Positions 37,271 to 47,847 of a stretch of DNA of 64,000 bases are shown in pieces. The stretch's first letter is position 1; the number at the start of each line of letters is the position of its first letter. Below the pieces are notes generated by a model. The model was not told the DNA's origin. It saw only the letters and a list, made by a program, of their open reading frames with translations, and made no database searches. The position numbers and the translations under genes were made by a program. This DNA comes from Candidatus Omnitrophota bacterium (GTDB lineage Bacteria; Omnitrophota; Omnitrophia; Omnitrophales; Aquincolibacteriaceae): the NCBI GenBank assembly GCA_003140935.1, contig PLLJ01000021.1, positions 4,555 through 68,554 on the forward strand, in the 5' to 3' direction.

Positions 37271-37975
37271 TTACGATTCCTTTTTCGGAGCGTCTTTTTC
37301 GCGCAGGCGCTCGAAGAATGTGATGTGGAGGCGGCTGACAAAGATACGCTCGATCACCAGCGCGATCACCAGGATCGCGGTAGCGATGATCAGAGGGATT
37401 TCTTCGGCCGGCGGTACTTTAGCGAGGAAAAGTTTGTCATAAAGCTGGATCATCATGAGCATAAGGAGGATGCCGGCGACCGTGATGTACTCGTGATGCT
37501 TGATGATGCGGCTCCAAAGGAAAGATCCCTTTTCAGGCGCTGCGTAAGGCGTCAGCCGCGGAAGGAATGAAGGGACGTTCTTGCAATAATCCCCGTAAGG
37601 TTTGCCGAACATCTCCCGCAGGTGTTTTTCTTCGCCGCGAATGGTTCCGGTATAGATCCCCAAGAACCCGACAAGAAAAAGGACCAGAATGATCCAGTTC
37701 CAGACGATCACGACCACGCCCAGCCCCAAGAAGAAATTACCGACATAGAGAGGATTGCGTACGAAAGCATAAGGACCGCTTGTGGCCAGTTTCTGTCCCT
37801 TTTTTTCCACGAATCCGAGCGCCCAAAAACGGATCAATTCCCCGGTGAGGACAAGGACCGTGCCCCATTGGAAACTCCGGTCGTTCATGTGAGAGCAAAG
37901 GAGCAAGATAGGGATCGAACCCCAGGCCAACAACAGCCTCATTTTTTTGAACTTGAACCACCCGCGTATGGACAT
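37271..37975 (-). CDS. Isoprenylcysteine carboxyl methyltransferase/PEMT family membrane protein
   Basis: SGPYAFVRNPLY.G, EE..L...FG..Y..Y...VP.F.P. Confidence 0.85.
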   Translation of the reverse strand: MSIRGWFKFKKMRLLLAWGSIPILLLCSHMNDRSFQWGTVLVLTGELIRFWALGFVEKKGQKLATSGPYAFVRNPLYVGNFFLGLGVVVIVWNWIILVLFLVGFLGIYTGTIRGEEKHLREMFGKPYGDYCKNVPSFLPRLTPYAAPEKGSFLWSRIIKHHEYITVAGILLMLMMIQLYDKLFLAKVPPAEEIPLIIATAILVIALVIERIFVSRLHITFFERLREKDAPKKES

Positions 37976-38127
37976 AATTCCTCCCGTTGAATAATGGGGG
38001 ATTATACTTGAGCTTGCTCCAAGATGCAGGGATTTCTTTTTTAAAAATCCCGGGAAAGCGCTTCAACGGATTGTCTGCATTACCGCAGGCGTGCGATCCA
38101 GCCCCTGAGAGATAGCAGATTTTTTCC

Positions 38128-39210
38128 TCAATCCCGCGGCAGATGACACTGCGGTCTCATCCCGCGCTTTTCGAAATATCGCTGATGATAGTCCTCGGCT
38201 TTGTAGAATTCCTCCGCGGGCGTGATCCCGGTGACGATCGGGCGCTTGAACTTCCCGGATTTCTCCAGTTTTTCTTTTAAAGCGCGAGCCTCTTTTTCCT
38301 GTTCCGGAGAGTTATAAAAAATCGCGGAGCGGTACTGATCGCCGATATCCGGACCCTGACGGTTGACCGTCGTCGGGTCGTGGATCAACCAGAAAGTTTC
38401 CAGAAGTTTTTTGTAAGAAACTTTTGCCGGGTCGAATTCGATCTGCACCGCTTCCGCGTGTCCGGTCGTGTGCGAACAAACCTGGTCATAGGTCGGATCC
38501 TTCGTGTGGCCCCCCGTATAACCCACCGTAGTTTTGAGCACTCCCGGGACTGTTCTGAAGGCTGATTCCACGCCCCAGAAACATCCGGCCGCAAAAGTCG
38601 CGACCTGTGTCTTTTCTTTAGGAACCGTCGCGGCCTTTTTTGTTTCCTGACCAAATAATGTTAAATACCGGCCGTAACCCTCCTTCTCCATATCTTCGAG
38701 AGGGATGAACCGGAGCGAAGCGGAGTTGATGCAATAGCGAAGCCCCGTGGGCGCAGGTCCGTCCGGAAAAACATGACCGAGATGCGAGTCGCCTTTCGAA
38801 GAACGGACCTCGGTGCGTTCCATACCGAGGGCGGCATCCGATTTTTCGACGACCGCGCCTTTCTCGATCGGCTTAATGAAGCTCGGCCAACCGGTCTTGG
38901 AGTCGAATTTATCGGTCGAACTGAAGAGAGGTTCGCCCGTGACCCTGTCCACGTAGATCCCGGGTTTTTTATTGTTCCAGTATTCGTTTAGAAAAGGCGC
39001 CTCCGTGCCGTTCTCACGGATCACTTTATACTGTTCCGGCGTGAGGAGTTTTTTGAGTTCGGCATCGCTAGTGGGAAGGGCACATTGCATACCCTTTGAA
39101 ACGTCTTGCTTCTTGGATTTTTCCGTCATGGGGAAACCCTCCTGTGGGGCTTGGAACCCAAGCCCGAATGTGACGAGGCCAATGAACATTCCTATCATTA
39201 ACTTTCTCAT
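38128..39210 (-). CDS. msrAB: Exported MsrB-MsrA fusion methionine sulfoxide reductase
   Basis: Signal-like N-terminus; GTE.PF, GWPSF, HLGHVF, RYCINS (MsrB), then GCFWG, AE.YHQ (MsrA). Confidence 0.92.
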   Translation of the reverse strand: MRKLMIGMFIGLVTFGLGFQAPQEGFPMTEKSKKQDVSKGMQCALPTSDAELKKLLTPEQYKVIRENGTEAPFLNEYWNNKKPGIYVDRVTGEPLFSSTDKFDSKTGWPSFIKPIEKGAVVEKSDAALGMERTEVRSSKGDSHLGHVFPDGPAPTGLRYCINSASLRFIPLEDMEKEGYGRYLTLFGQETKKAATVPKEKTQVATFAAGCFWGVESAFRTVPGVLKTTVGYTGGHTKDPTYDQVCSHTTGHAEAVQIEFDPAKVSYKKLLETFWLIHDPTTVNRQGPDIGDQYRSAIFYNSPEQEKEARALKEKLEKSGKFKRPIVTGITPAEEFYKAEDYHQRYFEKRGMRPQCHLPRD

Positions 39211-39286
39211 GACGAATTGTACCATTCAAGCGGTGCCCCTGAAATAGGGGCTAAGCTGTAAGCGCTGTAAGAAAAAAGAGGGGAAG

Positions 39287-40504
39287 CTAAATGCTGATTT
39301 TGGAGACTTCGCGTTTCATGGCAAAGAAGAAGGGCAATGAGGCGAGTTCTAAAACCGCGACGCCGATCATGAGCGTGGGGAGCGAGCGATCGTAGAGAAA
39401 ACCCATCACGACACCACCCGCAAGCATCGCAAGGCCGTAGGCCACATTCAGAATGCCGTAACCCGTGCCGCGCTTCTTGAGCGGCGTGATGTCCGCGATC
39501 GCAGACTTCATGATGGTTTCATGCCCTGCCATGACAATGCCCCAGAGAATGATGCTTACAATGACGACCCAGGGTATGACAGTGAAACAAAGGAACGGGA
39601 TCACAGCCGAGAGGACCGGGATCATGAGAAGCGTTCCGATACCGGCCCATTCGTGTTTTTGTTTTTCTTTCATCCGATCATAAATTTTCCCGATCACGAG
39701 CGCGGCGGCGCCGTCGACGCCCATGGCGATCGCGTAGAAAAAAGGGATCTGGGCGTCAGAAAGCACATGCTGGGATTTAAAATGATAAGCCATCAGGACA
39801 AAGCTTACGAAGCCCGCAGTGGCGAAGAAACTGAATGCGGTATAGAGCCAAAAGATCTTCGGGAGTTTTTCAGATTCGTTTTTCATGACCGAGGTTTCGA
39901 GTATTTCCGGGTTCGGGGTTTTCCAATAAGCGAAAAGGACGCAGGCCATGCAAAAGAAAAAAGGAAGCCAAAGCAGATGATAACCCGCCTGATAATCCCG
40001 GAGGCCTTTTTCGGCCTGGGCGGTTCCCATGAACGCGACCGTGAAAAGAAGAGGCCCGATGATCGCCCCGATCTGGTCCATGGCCTCATTGAGGCCGAAA
40101 CCGAATCCCGTGCCAACCTGTTTGGTGGCTTGAGAAAGGAGGGTGTCTTTAGCGGGGCTTCGGATGGCTTTTCCGATGCGTTCCATTACGATCAGGAGCG
40201 CCGCGATCTTCCAGAAGCCGGTGAGTGCCAGAAGAGGGACACTGATGAGCAGGGCATAACCCAGGATCGTGAAGAACCAATAGGATTTCGTTTTGTCCGA
40301 AAAATACCCGGACAAAAGGCGTACGCCGTAGCCCATGAATTCTCCCAGTCCCGAGATGAATCCGACGACAAGGGCATTGGCCCCGAGGACTTTGAGATAC
40401 GGACCATTGACGCTTCGCGCCCCTTCGTAAATGATATCTCCAAAGAGACTTATGAGGCCGAAGAGGACGATGAGCTGAAGGGCTTTTCTTTTATTTTGAT
40501 CCAT
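39287..40504 (-). CDS. MFS transporter
   Basis: About 12 TM segments; G..SD, ERIGKAIR.P.KD. Confidence 0.9.
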   Translation of the reverse strand: MDQNKRKALQLIVLFGLISLFGDIIYEGARSVNGPYLKVLGANALVVGFISGLGEFMGYGVRLLSGYFSDKTKSYWFFTILGYALLISVPLLALTGFWKIAALLIVMERIGKAIRSPAKDTLLSQATKQVGTGFGFGLNEAMDQIGAIIGPLLFTVAFMGTAQAEKGLRDYQAGYHLLWLPFFFCMACVLFAYWKTPNPEILETSVMKNESEKLPKIFWLYTAFSFFATAGFVSFVLMAYHFKSQHVLSDAQIPFFYAIAMGVDGAAALVIGKIYDRMKEKQKHEWAGIGTLLMIPVLSAVIPFLCFTVIPWVVIVSIILWGIVMAGHETIMKSAIADITPLKKRGTGYGILNVAYGLAMLAGGVVMGFLYDRSLPTLMIGVAVLELASLPFFFAMKREVSKISI

Positions 40505-40562
40505 AAATGAAGCTTACTGATTTTAGGCGGGAAATCAAATAGAATGTGAGGCGTGAAGCACC

Positions 40563-40637
40563 GCGGGACTCGCATCTCGGGACTCGGGAACCGTAAAGAC
40601 GAGAAACCCATTACGAGTCCCAAGGAACAAGTCCCGG
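40563..40637. repeat. GGGACTC-family heptamer palindromic element, copy 2
   Basis: GCGGGACTCGCATCTCGGGACTCGGGAACCG...CGAGTCCCAAGGAACAAGTCCCGG; aligns end to end with 28143-28216. Confidence 0.85.
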
Positions 40638-40675
40638 TTTTTTAAGAAACCCAAAGTTTGGGGATGTTCTAAGTT

Positions 40676-41938
40676 ATGAAAAACAATTTTTGGAAGCATT
40701 ACTCCTTTTCCATTCTTTTGCTTTGCTCGATCGCTTTTGGGGCCGGATTGGGGATCCTCTTCAAGGAAAAGATCGCGTTCGTAAAACCACTCGGTGATAT
40801 TTTTCTGAACCTGCTTTTCACGGCCGTGGTGCCGCTCGTCTTTTTTTCGATCTCCTCGTCGATCGCGGAAATGTCCGATCTCCACCGCCTCGGGAAGATC
40901 ATGACGTGGATGATGGTTCTATTCGTGGCGACGGGCTTGATCTCGGCGTCACTTATGATCCTGGGGGTGAAGATCTATCCGCCGGTACTAACAGGCCCTC
41001 CGATCCTTCAAATGAGCGCAGGCATCACACAGGTGAAGACCGTCGAGCAATTGGTGGGAGCCTTTACGGTGTCTGATTTCGTGCGGTTGCTTTCCAAGCA
41101 GAACATGCTGGCCTTGATCGTGTTCTCGATCCTGATCGGACTTTCGGCATCTTTGGCACGAGAGGACGGTAAAGCCTTCGTCAACTTCCTGGTCTCCGGC
41201 AATAAGGTGATGATGAAAGCGATCCACCTGATCATGTTCTACGCGCCTGTCGGCCTCGGCGCCTATTTTGCGTATTTGACCGGCGTGTTCGGTCCCCGTC
41301 TTTTGGGTTCCTATGCCAGGGTTGTCGTGCTTTATTATCCGTTCTCGATCCTCTATTTTTTTCTTGGATTTTCTTTCTATGCGTTCCTTGCAAGCGGAAT
41401 GAACGGCGTAAGAACGTTTTGGGTGAATATCATCCCCGCATCCCTGACCGCGCTGGGTACCGGAAGCAGCCTTGCGACCATCCCTTCCAATATCGAGGCG
41501 GCGGACAGGATCGGTGTGCCACGCGACATCTCAAAGATCGTCATCCCGATCGGTGCGACGGTTCACATGGATGGCACTTGCATTTCAGCGGTCGTGAAGA
41601 TAGCACTTCTTTTCGGATTTTTTGGCATGAAATTCTCCGGGATCGGTACGATCGCGACGGCACTCGGCATCGCGCTTCTGAGCGGGATCGTCATGACCGG
41701 TATTCCCGGGGGCGGATTTTTAGGTGAACTCCTGATCGTGACGCTTTATGGGTTTCCGCCCGAAGCGCTCCCGATTATTTCCATGGTCGGGACCTTGGTG
41801 GATCCGCCCGCAACCATGGTCAACGCGATCGGCAGCAATTCGGTCAGTATGCTGATTGCCCGGATCCTCGGCGGCCCCAATTTTTTAATAAAAGAGAATC
41901 GTGGCAGGGAAAAACGTCTTAATGAAAGCCCGGATTAA
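40676..41938 (+). CDS. Dicarboxylate/amino acid:cation symporter (DAACS)
   Basis: KPLGDIFLNL, T.SS.ATIP, GAT.HMDG, GIPGGG. Confidence 0.9.
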   Translation: MKNNFWKHYSFSILLLCSIAFGAGLGILFKEKIAFVKPLGDIFLNLLFTAVVPLVFFSISSSIAEMSDLHRLGKIMTWMMVLFVATGLISASLMILGVKIYPPVLTGPPILQMSAGITQVKTVEQLVGAFTVSDFVRLLSKQNMLALIVFSILIGLSASLAREDGKAFVNFLVSGNKVMMKAIHLIMFYAPVGLGAYFAYLTGVFGPRLLGSYARVVVLYYPFSILYFFLGFSFYAFLASGMNGVRTFWVNIIPASLTALGTGSSLATIPSNIEAADRIGVPRDISKIVIPIGATVHMDGTCISAVVKIALLFGFFGMKFSGIGTIATALGIALLSGIVMTGIPGGGFLGELLIVTLYGFPPEALPIISMVGTLVDPPATMVNAIGSNSVSMLIARILGGPNFLIKENRGREKRLNESPD

Positions 41939-42057
41939 GCCGAAAAGAAAGTAGCGTTGCGGGAGTTTTTTTCTTAGAATAATGTCAACCTTTTGGCCCG
42001 ATGTCCCTATTTGAAAAATAAGCCGAGTTGGCAGGAGTGGTCGGCAAAGGAGACGGT

Positions 42058-42435
42058 ATGGCGGTGAAAAAGATACTGGTCATTGATGATGATGGGGACT
42101 ACACAAAAATGCTCGAGTTACAATTGGAGGCAAAGGGTTATGAGATCTTGATCTCCAAAGATGGGGAAGAAGGGTTCGAAAAGGCTTTGGCCGAAAAGCC
42201 GCACCTGATCCTGCTGGATATCAAAATGCCGGAAATGGACGGGTTCACTTTTGTGCGGCGGCTGAGAGCCAACGAAGCGATCAAGAAAATACCCGTTGTG
42301 ATCCTGACCGGCTATGAGGCGATGAGAGATCTGTTCCGGTTCGAGGGGATCGCGGGTTACTTTGTGAAAGGGGGCGATAGGGCCGTCCTCTTCAAGAGCA
42401 TCGAAGACATACTCCTGTCCGCAGAATCCGCCTGA
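42058..42435 (+). CDS. Single-domain response regulator
   Basis: ILVIDDD, LLDIKMP.MDG, T, K. Confidence 0.9.
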   Translation: MAVKKILVIDDDGDYTKMLELQLEAKGYEILISKDGEEGFEKALAEKPHLILLDIKMPEMDGFTFVRRLRANEAIKKIPVVILTGYEAMRDLFRFEGIAGYFVKGGDRAVLFKSIEDILLSAESA

Positions 42436-42733
42436 TTATCATTAATTTTTTCAACAGAAAATCAGCCCTGGTTCCCATAATTGAAAATTGACAGGTAACC
42501 AGGACAGTCCTGATCGCCCTTGAGGAAAAGAAAAACAAGACTTGGGCGCCTGATCCTCTCCAATTTTTTATTTCTCCCCCCAACATTCTTTGTAATGAAA
42601 AATGTTATGGGTCTTGGGAAAAGTGTTCTATCGGTGGTATAATACAAAAGTCTGCCCCAGGTTGGGTCCATAAAACAGATCCTTCTACCCTAAAAACATT
42701 CGCAGGCATCATTCCAAAGGTGGTTTTAAAAAA

Positions 42734-44761
42734 ATGGCGTTATTCTTTTATGCTCAAATTCTGCTCCATATTTTAGGAGGGATCGCGGGTTTTCTTTTTG
42801 AACAGCACGGAGAAAAGGCGAACCGCCTGACGCATGGTTTGGCTGTTCTGGCGAGCGCAGCGGGCATTCTTTTTTCACTCGGGATACTTCTGATCGGGAA
42901 ACCCTGGGCCTTAGAATGGCAGGGAAGTTTCCCTGTGGGCGCTCTGCGGTTTGTGGCGAATCCATTTTCGGCTTTTTTTCTCCTGATCATTTCTTTCCTC
43001 TCCTTGGCCGCTTCCATTTTTGCCATCGGTTATACACGGGAATTTCAAGGGAAAAAAAATATCGCTCTTTTAGGTTTTTTCTACAATTTTTTCATACTGG
43101 CCATGCTGTTCGTGGTTACGGTGCAAAATGCCTTTTATTTTCTCTTTTTTTGGGAACTGATGTCCCTCACCTCCTACTTTCTCGTGATCTTCGAACATGA
43201 AAGACCCGAAACCCGGTCTGCCGGGACGCTTTACCTGATCATGACGCATGTGGGGACCGCCTTTATTACCGCCGCATTTTTGCTCCTTTTTATCCATGCC
43301 GGGTCTTTTTCATTCGACGCATTCCGGGAAGCTGCCAGCACGCTGTCTCCGGTTCTTAAAAACGTTATTTTTCTCGCGGCGCTCATCGGATTCGGGACCA
43401 AGGCCGGCGTGATCCCGCTCCACATCTGGTTGCCCCGGGCCCACCCGCAGGCACCCAGCCATGTTTCGGCGCTCATGTCAGGCGTTATGATTAAAACGGC
43501 TGTTTATGGGCTGCTTGTGTTTCTTTTTAATTTTTTGGGGGAAACGCCCGGCTGGTGGGGACATGTGATGCTTGCAGTCGCCATTCTTTCCACACTCCTC
43601 GGCATTCTTTATGCGCTCATGGAAAACGATCTGAAAAGATTGCTCGCTTTTTCCAGTATCGAAAACATGGGAATCATCCTTCTGGGTGTCGGGATGGCAC
43701 TCGTCTTCAGAACACTTCACCAGCCTCTTTACGCAGGCTTCGCCCTTATTGCGGCCCTTTATCATGTGATCAACCACGCAATATTCAAAGGGCTTCTGTT
43801 TCTTGGCGCGGGTTCGGTCCTTTCCGGAACGCACACGCGGAACATAGAGGGCCTCGGGGGATTGATCCGGAGAATGCCCTGGACCGCCTCTTTTTTCCTG
43901 GTGGGAGCCATGGCCATTGCCGCGCTTCCGCCGCTGAATGGTTTTATAAGCGAATGGCTGACCTTTATCGCACTTCTTTTGGGATGCGAAAGCGTGAGTC
44001 CGGCCATGCGTTTTTTTTCACCGCTTTTAGCCGCGCTTCTTGGGCTTGCGGGCGCTTTGGCAGCGACTTGTTTTGTGAAGGCTTTTGGCATCAGCTTTTT
44101 AGGGAAGCCCCGCTCTGAACGCGCCGCTCACGCGCATGAAGCGGGCGGATTCATGAAAGTCGGAATGGGGATCCTGGCCGCGAGTTGTTTTGGGTTAGCG
44201 TTGACTGCGCCGTGGATTCTGCCCATGCTTGGGGAAGCGGCAAAAACTTTATCAGCCACGGATATTTCTATGACAGGGCTAACGCAAAAAGTGTTTTTAA
44301 TGTCACCCTCAGGGTCGAGCCAATTTTCTCCGCTTCTTATCGCTATGATCCTTTCAGTATTTCTGCTCGGGACCGTGATCCTTCTCCGGTTGACCTTTGG
44401 AAAGCAACATGTCCGGATCGGTCCCAGTTGGGATTGCGGTATGCCGGGACTTGAGCCCCGGATGCAATATACCGCAACGGGTTATTCCAAACCTTTGCGG
44501 CGGATTTTTTCTTTTCTCTATCAGCCGACCCGGCGCGTGGAATTGGAGGATGAAGGTCATGCCATGCTCAGGACTGCGCAGCGTTTTGAGTCAAAGATCA
44601 CCCATCACGTGGATGAATGGGTCTATCAACCTTTGTCTGAGCTTGTGGTCGATCTTTCCCGGAAGGCCAAGCAGATCCAGACAGGGCACATCCAGCTTTA
44701 TTTAAGTTATATTTTTATCACGCTGATCCTCCTGCTTCTTTTCTTCGGAGGGCGCTCCTGA
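42734..44761 (+). CDS. hyfB: Hydrogenase-4 subunit B-like antiporter subunit (Ehr complex)
   Basis: WELMS, PLHIWLP.AH..APS.VSALMSG, LPPLNGF.SEW, W.CG....PRMQY. Confidence 0.88.
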   Translation: MALFFYAQILLHILGGIAGFLFEQHGEKANRLTHGLAVLASAAGILFSLGILLIGKPWALEWQGSFPVGALRFVANPFSAFFLLIISFLSLAASIFAIGYTREFQGKKNIALLGFFYNFFILAMLFVVTVQNAFYFLFFWELMSLTSYFLVIFEHERPETRSAGTLYLIMTHVGTAFITAAFLLLFIHAGSFSFDAFREAASTLSPVLKNVIFLAALIGFGTKAGVIPLHIWLPRAHPQAPSHVSALMSGVMIKTAVYGLLVFLFNFLGETPGWWGHVMLAVAILSTLLGILYALMENDLKRLLAFSSIENMGIILLGVGMALVFRTLHQPLYAGFALIAALYHVINHAIFKGLLFLGAGSVLSGTHTRNIEGLGGLIRRMPWTASFFLVGAMAIAALPPLNGFISEWLTFIALLLGCESVSPAMRFFSPLLAALLGLAGALAATCFVKAFGISFLGKPRSERAAHAHEAGGFMKVGMGILAASCFGLALTAPWILPMLGEAAKTLSATDISMTGLTQKVFLMSPSGSSQFSPLLIAMILSVFLLGTVILLRLTFGKQHVRIGPSWDCGMPGLEPRMQYTATGYSKPLRRIFSFLYQPTRRVELEDEGHAMLRTAQRFESKITHHVDEWVYQPLSELVVDLSRKAKQIQTGHIQLYLSYIFITLILLLLFFGGRS

Positions 44762-45711
44762 TGCCGGCGATCCTTTTATCCGTTTTTCAACTCTTGTTCT
44801 TGTCGATCCTGGCTCCTGCCCTTAGCTGGTTCATCAAAAAAATGAAGGCGGCCTCACAGAACCGCGTGGGACCAAGCTTGGTCCAGGTCTATTCGGATCT
44901 GCTGAAATTGTTCCGGAAGAACATGGTCATCTCGGAAACGGCATCCTGGATCTTTCATGCCATGCCTTTCGTCCTTTTTATGTCAACCTTTGTGGCGGCT
45001 TCCATGCTGCCAATCTTAGGCATCCGTTCTCTTTTTGGTTTTACGGGGGACGTGATCCTCTTTGTTTATCTCCTGGCTTTGGGGCGTTTCTTTTTAACAC
45101 TTGCGGCATTGGATACCGGTACCACGTTCGGTGGGATGGGTTCAAGCCGGGAAATGACGCTCTCTTCGCTCGCGGAACCGGCGCTTCTTCTCGCTTTTTT
45201 TTCCTTGGGTTTTCGTGCCCATACCCTATCCTTGGAAGGGATTGTTTCCTATTTTGCTTCCGGATCTCCTACTCAGATGCTGTTTTTCACAAGCCTTACT
45301 TTCGGCGCGCTGCTGATCGTAACGATTGCGGAAAGCGGAAGGATCCCTGTGGATAATCCGGCAACACACCTGGAGCTGACCATGGTCCACGAGGCCATGA
45401 TCCTCGAATACTCCGGACAGTATCTGGCTCTGATCGAATGGAGCCATCAGATCAAACAGCTGGTGTTCTTGACGCTCTTGTCGGATCTTTTCTTCCCCTG
45501 GGGGATTTCGAGTTCATGGGGCTTTCTGGCTTTTGGATTGTCGCTGGTACTTTACCTCGCGAAGGTTTTTTTTCTGGCATTTGTGATCGGATGGATTGAG
45601 ATCCATTCCGCAAAATTGCGCCTTTTCAGGGTTCCGGACCTGCTCGCGGTGGCTTTTGTTCTGGCCATCCTTTCTCTCCTGGGACAACTGATCATCGGGA
45701 GGGGAGCATGA
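44761..45711 (+). CDS. hyfC: HyfC/NuoH-like membrane subunit
   Basis: GSSRE, ESGRIPVDNPATHLELTM.HEAM.LEYSG. Confidence 0.88.
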   Translation: MPAILLSVFQLLFLSILAPALSWFIKKMKAASQNRVGPSLVQVYSDLLKLFRKNMVISETASWIFHAMPFVLFMSTFVAASMLPILGIRSLFGFTGDVILFVYLLALGRFFLTLAALDTGTTFGGMGSSREMTLSSLAEPALLLAFFSLGFRAHTLSLEGIVSYFASGSPTQMLFFTSLTFGALLIVTIAESGRIPVDNPATHLELTMVHEAMILEYSGQYLALIEWSHQIKQLVFLTLLSDLFFPWGISSSWGFLAFGLSLVLYLAKVFFLAFVIGWIEIHSAKLRLFRVPDLLAVAFVLAILSLLGQLIIGRGA

Positions 45712-46367
45712 GTCCGGAACTCGCGGCTTCGGCGATCCATTTTTTGGGGATGATGCTTTTGATCGCTTCTTTCTGGATCCTCACGTCTTCCCAGATCGGC
45801 ATGAGCATCCGCGCCTACGCCGCGCACTCTTTTCTGCTCGCGCTTATTACCGCGGTGATCGCGGTCACGAACCATGTGGAGCATCTGTTGGTCCCCGCGC
45901 TCTTGACGCTCGTTCTCAAGACGATCGTGATTCCGAACGTTTTTTTCAGGATCATCCGGCGGCTCGGGATCCGCAAAGAGGTCGAAAGTTATATCAACAT
46001 TCCCTTTTCGCTTCTTTTGGCCGTATTGCTCGTGTTTGTTTCGTTCTATGTCACGGGGGACGACAAGATCCTGAAGCCGGTCGCATTCAGCGAGTTCATT
46101 CCGCTCGCCATTTCGACCGTTTTTTTCGGCATGTTGATGATGACGACCCGGAAAAAGGCGATCAATCAGGTCCTCGGCCTGCTTCTGATCGAGAACGGCC
46201 TTTTTTTGATGGCCATCACCATGACCTTCGGCATGCCGCTTTTGGTCGAGATGGGGATCTTTTTCGACGTGCTGGTCGCCGTGATGATCATGGGAATTTT
46301 TGTTTTCAAGATCCGCGACGCTTTTGAAAGCATCGATGCGGATGATATGACCGTTTTGAAAGGATAA
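45708..46367 (+). CDS. hyfE: HyfE-like membrane subunit
   Basis: ENG, P..VE.G..FD; position in the operon. Confidence 0.85.
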   Translation: MSPELAASAIHFLGMMLLIASFWILTSSQIGMSIRAYAAHSFLLALITAVIAVTNHVEHLLVPALLTLVLKTIVIPNVFFRIIRRLGIRKEVESYINIPFSLLLAVLLVFVSFYVTGDDKILKPVAFSEFIPLAISTVFFGMLMMTTRKKAINQVLGLLLIENGLFLMAITMTFGMPLLVEMGIFFDVLVAVMIMGIFVFKIRDAFESIDADDMTVLKG

Positions 46368-46371
46368 TGCC

Positions 46372-47847
46372 ATGACGATCGACAGGGTGCTTTGGATGCC
46401 CCTTATTTTTGCGTTTCTTTGTTTGATCCCTTGTCCCAAGAGGATGACGCGCCTGACGTTTATGACCGGCGCCGTTCTTTCCGCGATCGGAGCATGGCTC
46501 TTTGTTTTTGGGACATCCTGGTCGCCCCGCGTGTTTGCTTTTAACGGAAATCTTATGATGGATTCGCTGTCCGCGGTCTTTGTGCTTCTGATCACGAGCG
46601 TCGGAGTGCTTTCCGCCGTCTATGCGGGGGGATATCTCTTCAAGGAAGGGGATTCGAGCATTTCTCCTTTAAGGCTTCGCCGGTATGCTTTCTTTTTCCA
46701 TCTTTTCCTTTTTACCATGCTTTTGACCGTTTTTTCCAATAATCTTGGCATCATGTGGATCGCGATCGAGGGGACGACGCTAGCGTCGGCCTTCTTGGTC
46801 AACGTGGATGATAAAAAAAGTTCGATCGAAGCCGCATGGAAATATCTGATCCTTTGCAGCGTTGGGATCGCGCTTGCGCTTTTCGGGATCATCCTGGTCT
46901 ATTATTCGGCGATCGCTCAAGCGGTGGTAGGAGAAAGCGGTTTTTTACTGAATTGGACCTTCCTTTTGAGCAAGGCCAAACAGTTGGATCCGCAAGTTCT
47001 CCGGCTTGCCTTTATCTTCATTCTTGTGGGCTATGGCACGAAGGCAGGCCTCGCGCCGTTCCATTCCTGGCTTCCGGACGCGCACAGCCAGGCTCCGGCC
47101 CCCGTGAGCGCGCTTCTTTCCGGCGTACTTTTAAGCTGTGCGACTTTGGGGATCCTGAGGTTCCACATCCTGACCACGGCCGCGACCGGCTCCGCATTCT
47201 CAGGCACACTTCTCATTTTATTTGGGGTGCTTTCTGTAGCCGTTGCGACGCCCTTTATCCTGGAGCAAAAAGATTATAAACGTCTTCTAGCCTATTCCAG
47301 TGTCGAGCATATGGGGCTTGCGGCTGTGGGACTGGGTTTTGGCGGCGTACTCGGGATCTACGCAGCGATTCTTCATATCGTGAACCATGCATTCACCAAA
47401 TCCCTGCTTTTTTTCAGTTCAGGGCATCTGCTCCATCTTTTTCAGACCAAGGAGATCGGTAAAGTCAAAGGGATCTTCCGGAGGAATCCGTTTTTAGGCG
47501 TCGTTTTCTTTTTAGGCGCTCTGGCTATTGCCGGAATGCCGCCATTCAGCATTTTTGTCAGCGAATTTCTTATTTTGACCGCAGGATTCCTGGCCGGAAA
47601 ATTCCTTCCGTGCGTCATTTTGCTTGTTTTACTAACACTTATCTTTGTCGGTTTTCTGAGGCATGCAAACCGGATGACTTTTGGCGTTCCGGAAGGGCCG
47701 CCCCCGATCGAGGAAAAAAGTTTCTTGATGGACGGCGTTCTTGGCGTCGGCTTGATCGTGATCTTCGCGATGGGTTTTTATATCCCAGGCCCGTTCCAGC
47801 GACTGCTTTTGGAAGCAGGCCGCGTCGCTGGAGGAGTCATCGTATGA
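46372..47847 (+). CDS. hyfF: HyfF-like antiporter subunit
   Basis: EAAWKY, GTKAGL.P.H.WLPDAHS.AP, AYSS.EHMG. Confidence 0.88.
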   Translation: MTIDRVLWMPLIFAFLCLIPCPKRMTRLTFMTGAVLSAIGAWLFVFGTSWSPRVFAFNGNLMMDSLSAVFVLLITSVGVLSAVYAGGYLFKEGDSSISPLRLRRYAFFFHLFLFTMLLTVFSNNLGIMWIAIEGTTLASAFLVNVDDKKSSIEAAWKYLILCSVGIALALFGIILVYYSAIAQAVVGESGFLLNWTFLLSKAKQLDPQVLRLAFIFILVGYGTKAGLAPFHSWLPDAHSQAPAPVSALLSGVLLSCATLGILRFHILTTAATGSAFSGTLLILFGVLSVAVATPFILEQKDYKRLLAYSSVEHMGLAAVGLGFGGVLGIYAAILHIVNHAFTKSLLFFSSGHLLHLFQTKEIGKVKGIFRRNPFLGVVFFLGALAIAGMPPFSIFVSEFLILTAGFLAGKFLPCVILLVLLTLIFVGFLRHANRMTFGVPEGPPPIEEKSFLMDGVLGVGLIVIFAMGFYIPGPFQRLLLEAGRVAGGVIV

